Shown piece after piece: positions 10,837-19,629 of a stretch of DNA of 64,000 bases. The first letter of the stretch is position 1; every line of letters starts with the position of its first letter. A program made the translations under genes and the position numbers. Origin of the DNA: a virus; the IMG/VR virus record IMGVR_UViG_3300035698_017497, positions 1-64,000 of that record; one strand, written 5' to 3'. The notes beneath the pieces were generated by a model. It was not told where the DNA came from. It worked only from the letters and a program-made list of their open reading frames with translations, and made no database searches.

Positions 10837-10906
10837 TGTTTAAAATATAGCCATGCCATATATTATTTTATATTAAAATGTAATATTTCATTTAATTCTT
10901 ATTAGA

Positions 10907-11689
10907 TTGGGCGTCAACTTGAGCTTATATAAAATGCTAATAGTAGTTATAGAAAAAGGCGAATGGTGGCATTTTGTCATATTCGTATCAATAATAGCAA
11001 CCGCACTTACTTGGAAACTAACATGGAATAAGCTTAAAAAATTCATCACTAAGGCCAGCAAAAGAGCCGACGAGTGCGCACATTGCATCGCGTCCATGGA
11101 AGCTGAGCGTGAGATTTGTCGCAATAACTGGGATCAAGAAAAGAGATCTCTACTACCAAGACAGATGACTGCAGCAGAGCATATATTTGAAGGATTTAAG
11201 CTGTCAATGTTGGAATGGTATGAAAAGTATATGGATGTATATATTGAAAAAAATAATATAGAACATGATGTCGATAAGGCTGAAAAAGACTTCATGCATT
11301 ATGAGGAAATTTTAGAGACAGCGTTGGAGAGAACTCTTAGTGAGGCTAGGCGGTCCATTAAAGAAAATGGATTTTTAGCCATGGACAAATCCAGGATGTG
11401 CGAGTATGTAGACGGCAAGTCAAAAGATTATTACCGAGTCATTACCGAGCATATAAGATCAAGATACAAGCCTAAATTCATCATACCACTATCAGACATA
11501 ATAGATAATTTCGATAAAAGAGATCTTAAGTTAAAGGCTGAAGACTTGTATAAAGAATGTACATTGAGAGCTAAGGAAGCAGATATTAAGCTTGGAGAGA
11601 TATCGGACAGGTATCAAAAGCATATCCGTAATATAGTTAGCATGTCGACATCAGCCACAGACATGTTTAGGACAATTAAAGGGAAGTAG
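10907..11689 (+). CDS. N-terminally membrane-anchored helical protein
   Basis: TM segment WWHFVIFVSIIATALTW followed by a charged helical domain. Confidence 0.65.
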   Translation: MGVNLSLYKMLIVVIEKGEWWHFVIFVSIIATALTWKLTWNKLKKFITKASKRADECAHCIASMEAEREICRNNWDQEKRSLLPRQMTAAEHIFEGFKLSMLEWYEKYMDVYIEKNNIEHDVDKAEKDFMHYEEILETALERTLSEARRSIKENGFLAMDKSRMCEYVDGKSKDYYRVITEHIRSRYKPKFIIPLSDIIDNFDKRDLKLKAEDLYKECTLRAKEADIKLGEISDRYQKHIRNIVSMSTSATDMFRTIKGK

Positions 11690-11701
11690 ACTTAAAATAA
11701 T

Positions 11702-12013
11702 ATGCCTCAGGTTAAATTTTCAACATCAGTCCTTGGAGCTCGCATCGCTCCTAAAATAGCGCAATTTCTAAAGACTAACGCTCAATTCATTGCATCTGCC
11801 ACTAGTGATAGTCCTGACGATGCTGCAGAGGCCATATCTCATGCTATAGCATATGGTATAGCAATCGCTTTAAGCGGTCCAGAGCTTCAAGCTGCACTTA
11901 CGGTTGGAATAGCTCCTCCGCCAGTTCCGCCGGTAGTGACTACCGTTGGATTGCCTACAATGGGCAGCCTAATGTATCAAGCGTTAAAGCCTCAAGTTAC
12001 AGAAGCTGGTTAA
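11702..12013 (+). CDS. small virion protein, paralog of 10561..10836
   Basis: shared motifs as above. Confidence 0.65.
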   Translation: MPQVKFSTSVLGARIAPKIAQFLKTNAQFIASATSDSPDDAAEAISHAIAYGIAIALSGPELQAALTVGIAPPPVPPVVTTVGLPTMGSLMYQALKPQVTEAG

Positions 12014-12105
12014 TTGTTTTGACTCTGACTCGCCTTTGATTTATTTTTATAATACTATAGTAGTAATCTATTGTTAATTTTCTATATCAAGATCAAGGAA
12101 TCACT

Positions 12106-14070
12106 ATGGAAACTCTGAAGAATGCCGTTCTTAGCACAAGGCCAGAATTCGAGAAATTCGCATCTTACAAATTACCACAAGATTCATCTTCGTGGCAGGA
12201 AGAGATTATTAAGAAATTTACAGAAGAGTTTCCGAATCTTCCTGACGATATCCATGCCGATATCATCGTTGACGATGTTGACGACTCAAATGGATACGCA
12301 AAAGGATCTGTAGTACTATGGTCTGACCCTAATGTTAAAATCAATTTTCCAGTTATCGTAAAGAAGCTTCAGCTTTCTCCATTCGATGTATTTGTTAAAT
12401 TAACTGATGACAAGTATGAGTATTCTCATGCTACTATGACAAATATCTCTCGTGCCCTTGCCACAAACACTATCGGAGTTCCTGTGTCAGGCATTAGCGG
12501 GCGTCCTAAAGAATTAAAATCTCCAGGAGGAATCCCGGCTAAGAACGCTATTGTGTTAAGCGAGAGCCGCGTCTCTAAGGTTGCTCATTCGACTGTTCCG
12601 GCAGAAGAATTTGTCAAATTAGGAGAGCGTGTCTATAAAGACAAAGAGCTATTTAATACTTTTAAAGATAGCTCCAACGACACTGTTAATCATTTCATCG
12701 AGGGTGGTGTTAATAGCTTGAAGACACAACCAGCAGAAGTATCAGAGATGATTCCTATAAAAATGCACAACATGATTAAAACTGTTAACGCAGTACCTGT
12801 CATAGATTCCCAGATGATTCCTGCCGATTCACTTGTACCTGTCACAAATGGAGCTCTAGAGCTTAGATATATAAAGATGCCAACAGTTGAAGATCTTGTT
12901 GCTGCCGGCAAGGTTACTGACGAGCAATACAATGGCTATCCTATTAATGGTATCGTTGCTATTGAGGATACTGATGGTAGATATCCAAGTGTTAGGTTCT
13001 TTTCTGAATGTGGCACCAAATTTTTTAGCGGATCAGACAACGGCATTTATGGGACTCCTATTGCTGGGAATGATATTTCTTCAGACCTTATCATAAAAAA
13101 ACTTGCTGAAAAAATTCAGTCTGTAATAATTGAGGGTTATCGTAAACAGATGCGTGACGTGTACGCAATCTACAAAGACTCCGAGGGTGTTATTAAGTAC
13201 AAAACTATTCACGGCAGCTTTAAGCCTGCTACTATCAATGGGAACCTTGGGTTCACTTCACTTGACAAGCTCGTTATTTTTGGAGACGTTCAGAAAGTTG
13301 TGGTGGCTGCACAGTCTAAGGATCCTGTGATTAGTTTGCTGGCTAAAGGTAGAGACATTTATGTTATCCCTAAAAATTCAGCAGTACTCACTTCCAATAT
13401 GTTTGATCGTATGTCATATGACGATGTTGTTAGGCCAGGAGTCAATATACGTGACAAGTTTGCCAAGAGATATGACGGGAAAAGAGCAGTCGTCAATATC
13501 AACAAAGATCTTGGCACAGTATCTATCGAAATGAAAAAGTATGATGACCGACCATTCATAACAAAGGTCGCCGGGCTTAATCAGGACAACTTAACCTTTA
13601 AGCAGGCAAGTACAGTGCTAAGACTTATGGGTATGGAGAAGGATGCTGCTTACAGTACTCTTCAGGATGCCATCAAGATCGGCAGTGTGTCAATATATGG
13701 ATTGGATAACGACTATGTTAATCCAGACGTTTTTGCTGAGCGTGAAAAGGTAGCCTCGATCTTGGGGATACTCGAGAAGATAGCTGATGAGACCAAAGTC
13801 GATCTCGTTAAAGAGGCCAGCGTTATTAAGGATCCAGAAGCTGTTGACGCTATCCTTTCTATTAATTTTATCAATAAAGACAACATCCTTGAGTTTATTG
13901 ACGAGATCAGTAAGCTTGATGAAGTAAGCAGCTCGATGGCAAAGCTACTTACTATAATAAGAATGGGCCTCTCAGACGTCGAGGAAGAAGCTGTAAAAAA
14001 GATTATGGAAAATTTAACCATGGTCATAACACAGCTCAAGAAAGTTCGTGCTATAATGAATCAAGCATAG
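12106..14070 (+). CDS. large putative head-associated virion protein
   Basis: 654 aa; several K-x-A motifs; preceded by TATTTTTATA. Confidence 0.65.
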   Translation: METLKNAVLSTRPEFEKFASYKLPQDSSSWQEEIIKKFTEEFPNLPDDIHADIIVDDVDDSNGYAKGSVVLWSDPNVKINFPVIVKKLQLSPFDVFVKLTDDKYEYSHATMTNISRALATNTIGVPVSGISGRPKELKSPGGIPAKNAIVLSESRVSKVAHSTVPAEEFVKLGERVYKDKELFNTFKDSSNDTVNHFIEGGVNSLKTQPAEVSEMIPIKMHNMIKTVNAVPVIDSQMIPADSLVPVTNGALELRYIKMPTVEDLVAAGKVTDEQYNGYPINGIVAIEDTDGRYPSVRFFSECGTKFFSGSDNGIYGTPIAGNDISSDLIIKKLAEKIQSVIIEGYRKQMRDVYAIYKDSEGVIKYKTIHGSFKPATINGNLGFTSLDKLVIFGDVQKVVVAAQSKDPVISLLAKGRDIYVIPKNSAVLTSNMFDRMSYDDVVRPGVNIRDKFAKRYDGKRAVVNINKDLGTVSIEMKKYDDRPFITKVAGLNQDNLTFKQASTVLRLMGMEKDAAYSTLQDAIKIGSVSIYGLDNDYVNPDVFAEREKVASILGILEKIADETKVDLVKEASVIKDPEAVDAILSINFINKDNILEFIDEISKLDEVSSSMAKLLTIIRMGLSDVEEEAVKKIMENLTMVITQLKKVRAIMNQA

Positions 14071-14088
14071 GCACATCCCATCATAGCT

Positions 14089-14123
14089 AAAAAAAAGGAG
14101 AGTTACTACACTCTCCTTTTTTT
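14089..14123. terminator. bidirectional intrinsic terminator
   Basis: A-run-GGAGAGT/ACTCTCC-T-run between convergent units. Confidence 0.8.
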
Positions 14124-14125
14124 AT

Positions 14126-14498
14126 AAAAAAATTGTTCAAGCGGCTAATTCAGAGAGATCCCGGACGTGAATCGGAATTACTGAATATTGTATTATGGAA
14201 CAGCTATGCTAAACACTACAGCGAAACGCTATAGTCCACAGTATTATCGGGGCATCATGCAATACTGTAGAGGTGCCCGCTTGGTAGCCCTATTCATTAA
14301 AGATGCGACCGCTCTTCTTTTAAGTACTGAGTAGCACCTCGGCACAAATTACAAAGAGCAATCGTAACAGATTCAACGCATTGGAATGCAAGAGCAAGAG
14401 TTGTATAAGATACAATCCTGGCTAGTGCGACCAATGTCCGAAACCCATTTGACGGTTTAGACATAGTCACCTCTAAATGGAAAAATGTTAATAGTATG
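14126..14498 (-). ncRNA. putative structured ncRNA downstream of RT-RNase H
   Basis: no long ORF; stems ATTCAG/CTGAAT, ACTACAGCG-AAA-CGCTATAGT (14215-14235), ACAGTATT/AATACTGT, GAGGTGC/GCACCTC, TTGTAT/ATACAA, CCATTT/AAATGG. Confidence 0.5.
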
Positions 14499-14945
14499 TC
14501 ACACTTTCGATTTTGCGGCAGCTAGAGCAAGATCATCGGCTAATTCATTAAATGTATTGCCAACATGCCCTCTCTCCCATATCACCGAAAGCACCGGTAG
14601 TGCAGGTAACATACTGTAGATCTCTTTCCAGATATCTTTATTCTGAATAGGTTTACCATTACGCCTACGCCAGCCATTTTTTTTCCACGATTCGAGCCAA
14701 GCGGCATAACCGTTGACTACGTATTGTGAATCCGTATAAACAACTGCTTCAACGTATTGGTCCTTGATTATTTTTAAACATTCCAAAAAGGCTATTAGTT
14801 CAGCCTTATCGCTTGTCGTGTCTGATAACTTGCACGACCTCTGCAATACGACTTTGCCATCCTCTACTCCGACAATACCAAAGCCGCCGGGAGTTATTTT
14901 GCTTTTAGAGTTTCCAAGACATGATCCGTCTGTGTGGAATTCCAT
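14499..14945 (-). CDS. rnhA: ribonuclease HI
   Basis: TDGSC, AELIA, TDSQY, W..NGW, N.DIW, W.RGH.G..FNELAD. Confidence 0.95.
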   Translation of the reverse strand: MEFHTDGSCLGNSKSKITPGGFGIVGVEDGKVVLQRSCKLSDTTSDKAELIAFLECLKIIKDQYVEAVVYTDSQYVVNGYAAWLESWKKNGWRRRNGKPIQNKDIWKEIYSMLPALPVLSVIWERGHVGNTFNELADDLALAAAKSKV

Positions 14946-14946
14946 A

Positions 14947-16080
14947 TTACAAGCTCAATTCTGGGAGACTGACCCCGTTTGCTTTATCAACCTTTTCGAA
15001 GTTTGCTTTCTGAAATTTCATTAACTGGTCCATATACTTCTGCCCTATTGGACGGTTGAGCATCATGAAGTATGCCACTTCGCCCCTTAGTGTCATGAGG
15101 TCGCCGAGAGTAGTCTCAGTAGCATGCTTTACGGTTGCATGATGGACCTTAGCCCTGATCAGTGATCGTTTCTCAAGCTTAAGGTTAGGTCTCTTATTTA
15201 TAACAACATTGCACGCACTCATACGGCTCTTGTTTGTAATAAAATAAGTCTTCTCATCATTAAGTTTAAGCTTAAACAGCTTAAGCGTTGATGGCACAAC
15301 TTTCATAACTTTATCACCAAGAAATGAACTTGACTTACTCTGGTGAGAGAACGCCATATCGTCAGCATATCTCGTGTATTTAATACCATACTCCTCAAGC
15401 CTGCGACCTACAATTATATCAAACTTCCTAAGAACAATATTGGCTATGAACGGAGATGTAGCGAAACCCTGAGGAGTCTTATTCTTATACGTTACAAGAT
15501 TTGTAATAAGATTCACTAAGGATACATAATCTTCATCTGTCTGTCCAGAGAACCATTTTAACTCATCACACACACGTGGAAATTCACCCTCAAGATTCCG
15601 GTATATCGAGGGGCAACATATACTACTTTTCATGTCGAGTACTTTTGTGCAGTGCTTGCACAGCGAGTACGATCCAAAGAGGATATTCTTTACATGATCC
15701 TTGGTGATGTTATCAAAGAAGTTCTTAATATCGAGATGCCCAAAAGATCTGGCTCCAACATGTTGCCATGCATTTGTGTGGACTCCGCGCTTTCTCACGA
15801 ATCCATGGGCATATTTGGATGGTTTATATTTTGAAAATACATTAGCCACAAGTTGTTTATGGATTGTTTTCAGATTGTCATTGGGTGCAACAATCTTTCT
15901 CATCTTCCCCTCTTTGCGCTTAGGTATCTCGAATTCATTTACGTAGTTACGCATATTCTGGGACACGGCTATGGTGTTAATAATGACATCCTGGAGAGTT
16001 TCGTTACTTGCACCGTCAATGTCTCCATTAAAAAACTCAGCCACTGTGTTGTTATAATTTGTTAGTATATTTAACTCCAT
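14947..16080 (-). CDS. retron-type reverse transcriptase
   Basis: IPK..G.MR.I.AP, AHGF, NAWQH (retron region X NAxxH), DIKNFF, PQG..TSP, YTRYADD, LN.EKT; likely start MELNIL at 16080. Confidence 0.92.
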   Translation of the reverse strand: MELNILTNYNNTVAEFFNGDIDGASNETLQDVIINTIAVSQNMRNYVNEFEIPKRKEGKMRKIVAPNDNLKTIHKQLVANVFSKYKPSKYAHGFVRKRGVHTNAWQHVGARSFGHLDIKNFFDNITKDHVKNILFGSYSLCKHCTKVLDMKSSICCPSIYRNLEGEFPRVCDELKWFSGQTDEDYVSLVNLITNLVTYKNKTPQGFATSPFIANIVLRKFDIIVGRRLEEYGIKYTRYADDMAFSHQSKSSSFLGDKVMKVVPSTLKLFKLKLNDEKTYFITNKSRMSACNVVINKRPNLKLEKRSLIRAKVHHATVKHATETTLGDLMTLRGEVAYFMMLNRPIGQKYMDQLMKFQKANFEKVDKANGVSLPELSL

Positions 16081-16240
16081 TACTTGCAACCTTTCCCTTG
16101 ATAGTGAAACACATATCATTAAAATTTATATTCAGCTCTTTAAGAGATCGCAGCATTCCTTCTTTGCTATTAACTGCTCTAGCTTTTGCCCTTGTACTTT
16201 TAAGTATTATTCGGTCAGTTAAACTTATGGCTTTCTTCAT
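16052..16240 (-). CDS. small basic protein overlapping the RT start
   Basis: GGAG RBS, 62 aa, overlaps the RT 5' end. Confidence 0.55.
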   Translation of the reverse strand: MKKAISLTDRIILKSTRAKARAVNSKEGMLRSLKELNINFNDMCFTIKGKVASNGVKYTNKL

Positions 16241-16255
16241 AACGGCTCCAGAAGT

Positions 16256-16284
16256 AAAAAAAAGTCGCCCCGATTGAGGCGACT
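16256..16284 (-). terminator. intrinsic terminator after the DHH gene
   Basis: AGTCGCC/GGCGACT stem followed by T8 on the minus strand. Confidence 0.7.
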
Positions 16285-16302
16285 GAAATGTACTGCGGAA
16301 GG

Positions 16303-17445
16303 CTAACCTTCAGCGTGTTCGGGCTTAGCCTCTTTCTCTGCAATGTTGCTCACTATTTTTTCACGAGCTTCATCTTTGCTTATTGAGGCTTCTTTAACCA
16401 ATTCATCGGCGCCAAGCTCTACTGGATCAGCATTGTGATCGACTCCAAACTTTTCCATATAACCACTTTCTCCACCAGACAGGTGGGTTGTTAAATATTC
16501 AATCAACGAATCTATCTTGTCAGAATGTAAGACTCCTCCGCAAACATTTTTATGGCCACCGCCATTAACATCGTCAGATGAATTTATCAGCTTCCCGAGA
16601 TCGATAAAGTTCTTATGTCTACACCATGGATTATGAGATAGCGACAAGCGAAACATTCCTCCACGGCCATACATCTTCTCGATTCTGCAAATGTATTTCG
16701 ATCCATTAACATTTGGATTTTCATTCATCACATAGTTCTCGGAATAACGTGGGAATTTTCTTTGGGCCGATATCACTACACATAAGTCTCCGAAAAGCGT
16801 AAGGCTTCCGCTGATGCCTTCAGCCTTCTTCCTCATGGCATGTACAGCATCGTCGCGCACTCCAGACATCAATATGCCTGTATTAATATTACCACCTTTT
16901 ATAAAATTGGCGACAGCCATGACGAGTGAGCAGCATAGATAGTTGAGCTCTGATTCACTGGTTGTAGCCTCCATAGCTGCATACATTTTGTTGAATGCAG
17001 TTCCGTTTGTGAATACATAATCAGGACTATTAAACCCAGCCTGATCATAGAGGTTTGCTACAGCCACAAGCATATCTACTTCATCAATTTTATTGTTAAC
17101 GCTGTAATGCTCAGCCACTAATTTTGCTGCTGAGGGGCTTTTTTTGTCGTGTAGAAAGGTTAACTCTTTTTTGCGAGCCCGGCTGCAAGCATTATCAAGA
17201 GTAGCTCTGTTTGTGAAATGATGGTCGAACCAGACATCTGCGTATTGCGAGTATGCAAAATCCAGTATCACTACTTTAGATCCATCGCTTGTCTTTGCCC
17301 TTTTTGCGATCTTGTCCACATCTTTGCGCTGATGGGATGACACTGGTATCAGCTGGATGACTTCGTTTTTTGAGGCATAAATTCCAGCAGATATGATACC
17401 GTCCATATCGTTGTGGAATATAACACGAGATAAAGTTTCCGACAT
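16303..17445 (-). CDS. DHH-family phosphoesterase
   Basis: HNDMDG, ILDF, FDHH, GGGH motifs. Confidence 0.85.
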   Translation of the reverse strand: MSETLSRVIFHNDMDGIISAGIYASKNEVIQLIPVSSHQRKDVDKIAKRAKTSDGSKVVILDFAYSQYADVWFDHHFTNRATLDNACSRARKKELTFLHDKKSPSAAKLVAEHYSVNNKIDEVDMLVAVANLYDQAGFNSPDYVFTNGTAFNKMYAAMEATTSESELNYLCCSLVMAVANFIKGGNINTGILMSGVRDDAVHAMRKKAEGISGSLTLFGDLCVVISAQRKFPRYSENYVMNENPNVNGSKYICRIEKMYGRGGMFRLSLSHNPWCRHKNFIDLGKLINSSDDVNGGGHKNVCGGVLHSDKIDSLIEYLTTHLSGGESGYMEKFGVDHNADPVELGADELVKEASISKDEAREKIVSNIAEKEAKPEHAEG

Positions 17446-17481
17446 AACTCCTCCATAGGTTAAAAAAAAAGATAAATACGT

Positions 17482-17494
17482 TCACTATTATTAT
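17482..17494 (-). promoter_or_regulatory. putative promoter motif ATAATAATAGTGA (copy 2), upstream of the DHH-RT-RNase H cluster
   Basis: exact 13-mer repeat. Confidence 0.6.
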
Positions 17495-17526
17495 GTCACA
17501 AAAAAGGAGGAAATAACAGGGGGGTA

Positions 17527-17562
17527 AAAAAAAGAGGAGTAGGTTGCCGACTCCTACTCCTC
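17527..17562 (-). terminator. intrinsic terminator
   Basis: GAGGAGTAGG/CCTACTCCTC stem followed by T7 on the minus strand. Confidence 0.7.
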
Positions 17563-17620
17563 ACACTGCACACGGAAGATGCTGGATGGTAGAAAGGTAG
17601 AACCACCCAGCTGCAGTTAC

Positions 17621-18070
17621 TTAATAATTATATAATGAGTCATCTGATTTGCCGGCGCTTGAATTTAGAGCTCCGTAAGCTCCAGCACCGATAGCTCCTG
17701 AAGCTCCAACAAGTCCAAAGGCTTTGGCTGAGCGAACTATGTTTTTACGCCTTTTGGCTTTCTCAGCAGCTCTCTTGGCTGTAAGTCCAGGAGTAGGGTC
17801 CACAGTAGTCTTTGAAAATTCTACTGTAGGCGATGGGGTCGAGGGGTTTGCTTTTTTATTCATCCTTTTAAATTTAAAAGCTTCATCAACATTTTCAGTA
17901 ACATTTTCAGTAGCAGACTTTGCGCCTTTTGATTTTACAACATTTTTAACTGCAGATATTTTTCTAGTACTCATAGGCATATTTCTAGCAATAGTGGAAG
18001 ATTTCTTTGCAAATGCTTTGCCTAAAAAATTAGTGACTTGACCGAACCCAAACTTTGCCGTCTTTTCCAT
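17621..18070 (-). CDS. basic Gly/Ala-rich putative internal virion protein
   Basis: starts MEKTA; hydrophobic GA-rich C-terminus. Confidence 0.6.
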   Translation of the reverse strand: MEKTAKFGFGQVTNFLGKAFAKKSSTIARNMPMSTRKISAVKNVVKSKGAKSATENVTENVDEAFKFKRMNKKANPSTPSPTVEFSKTTVDPTPGLTAKRAAEKAKRRKNIVRSAKAFGLVGASGAIGAGAYGALNSSAGKSDDSLYNY

Positions 18071-18099
18071 GGATAAATTCCTTACAGTTATTGATGCTT

Positions 18100-18477
18100 T
18101 TATTTAGATGCTTTACTTTGGGACTGCATTGATCTAATGCGATTAATAATATCTTCCTGGCCTCTTGAATAGGCAATGTGAGATGCTGCGATAGCCTTAC
18201 GCTGTCCAATAGCACTTGCCCGTGAGACGATGAGCTGATTTTCTTTTTTGTTGAAATCATTAAAGGCTCCAACCAACCTCTTATTCTCAGATGCGCCTAT
18301 CATTCTGCCAGTTCCATACCCTGCAGCTCCAGTAGCCACTCCTCCGGCAGCCCCAAGTGCTAGTCTCTTAAGAATATCTTTCCCAATTCTTGGCAATGCT
18401 GCAATTTTGACATGTCCAGTCTCTTCTTTTGGAGATAGCATATTAATCCTCTTTGTTAACTGTTTAGTATAAGTCAT
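18100..18477 (-). CDS. basic Gly/Ala-rich putative internal virion protein
   Basis: VKIAA motif; GAAGGVATGAAGYG segment. Confidence 0.6.
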   Translation of the reverse strand: MTYTKQLTKRINMLSPKEETGHVKIAALPRIGKDILKRLALGAAGGVATGAAGYGTGRMIGASENKRLVGAFNDFNKKENQLIVSRASAIGQRKAIAASHIAYSRGQEDIINRIRSMQSQSKASK

Positions 18478-18575
18478 TTGTTTTCACACTATAGCGAATA
18501 CCGATATATTTGACAACGGTATATGCACTTAGTATAATATACTATATGGATGACCGGTAAACAAAGGCACTAATT

Positions 18576-19628
18576 ATGGACAACATACCATGCTTGAGGT
18601 TTATAATATCCCTGTTGTTGAGGGGCAATCAACCTGAGCACATACACAAAAAGACTAAAGAGTTCGGATACTACATTACGGCGCCAGAGATAGAGGAGAT
18701 CTTTTCTGAGCTGATGAAGTCAGCATCTCCATCGATACTTGAGTTCTTGAGCAATGGAGACGTAATAGATTTAAACGACGAGAAGCTTAAGGAATACGCT
18801 GATCATCTAGGAGTATTTGAGTACTTGGAATTTATTAATTACAAAAAGTCACTCAGCACAGACAATCCATTAGCTAAAAAAAAGTACTACAAATGGTTTG
18901 ATGATATTCATTGGATACATAAATATAAAGACATAACATCATTAGTGAACATATTTATGTTTAATGATGAGTCGATAGATGAGATATCTGATGTTATAAG
19001 CTTTAAATATCGTAAGAAAGTATCTCCAGATGCTCTAAGGCTTCATAAGCGTATATTCTGGGATACCGAACATTTAGATGCTAAGGCCGCAATTCAGAGG
19101 TGCTTATCGTTCCGCAATAACACCACGATAATAAAGTCTATGGCTAACGGGGAACAGGATATATCAATATTCGAGACTGGACATAAGATGGATGGGATGG
19201 ATCGTGAGATTACATTTCATTCTATCGAGTATATAAAATGGAAAATCGGATATCGTAAGTTTCAGGCCCCGACTCCTAAGGATTTTCTTGAAGAGGTGAA
19301 GACTGACAGCTACTTCAAATACTATGAAGCTTTAAACATGGATGATAGTACATCTATGACCAAAACATCCGGCGTCGGAATTGAGGGTGGTAGCATAGAT
19401 ATGACAGTAGTTAATATGCGTAATGTAGAAGATCAGCGCGCAAAATTATCTAAGCATTGGTTTGATATGTATGTTAAGGCTATGAAATCTATGCCTGACG
19501 AGGGCGAGACTGAAGAGTCATTCTTCGATAAGCTTGATCAGTATGAGATTAAATTTGAAGAAGAGAAGATTGCTAATGCTCACGAAGTTAAGGGTCTATT
19601 GAGCGACGTGAAAGAAGATATTAAATAA
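18576..19628 (+). CDS. hypothetical protein, possible terminase small subunit
   Basis: immediately upstream of the large terminase; function inferred from position only. Confidence 0.5.
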   Translation: MDNIPCLRFIISLLLRGNQPEHIHKKTKEFGYYITAPEIEEIFSELMKSASPSILEFLSNGDVIDLNDEKLKEYADHLGVFEYLEFINYKKSLSTDNPLAKKKYYKWFDDIHWIHKYKDITSLVNIFMFNDESIDEISDVISFKYRKKVSPDALRLHKRIFWDTEHLDAKAAIQRCLSFRNNTTIIKSMANGEQDISIFETGHKMDGMDREITFHSIEYIKWKIGYRKFQAPTPKDFLEEVKTDSYFKYYEALNMDDSTSMTKTSGVGIEGGSIDMTVVNMRNVEDQRAKLSKHWFDMYVKAMKSMPDEGETEESFFDKLDQYEIKFEEEKIANAHEVKGLLSDVKEDIK

Positions 19629-19629
19629 T

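Noticed and set aside
14291-14297. TATTCAT match between the RT-proximal element and array unit ends
   Set aside because: A 7-mer in AT-rich DNA is expected by chance; not used as evidence.
14126-14498. tmRNA, RNase P RNA or tRNA
   Set aside because: No tRNA-like acceptor ends or recognisable conserved motifs on either strand by eye.
14947-16080. DGR or group II intron RT
   Set aside because: Has NAxxH and PQG..TSP/YADD rather than the DGR SQ motif; no maturase or endonuclease domain, no intron domain V and no TR/VR pair seen.
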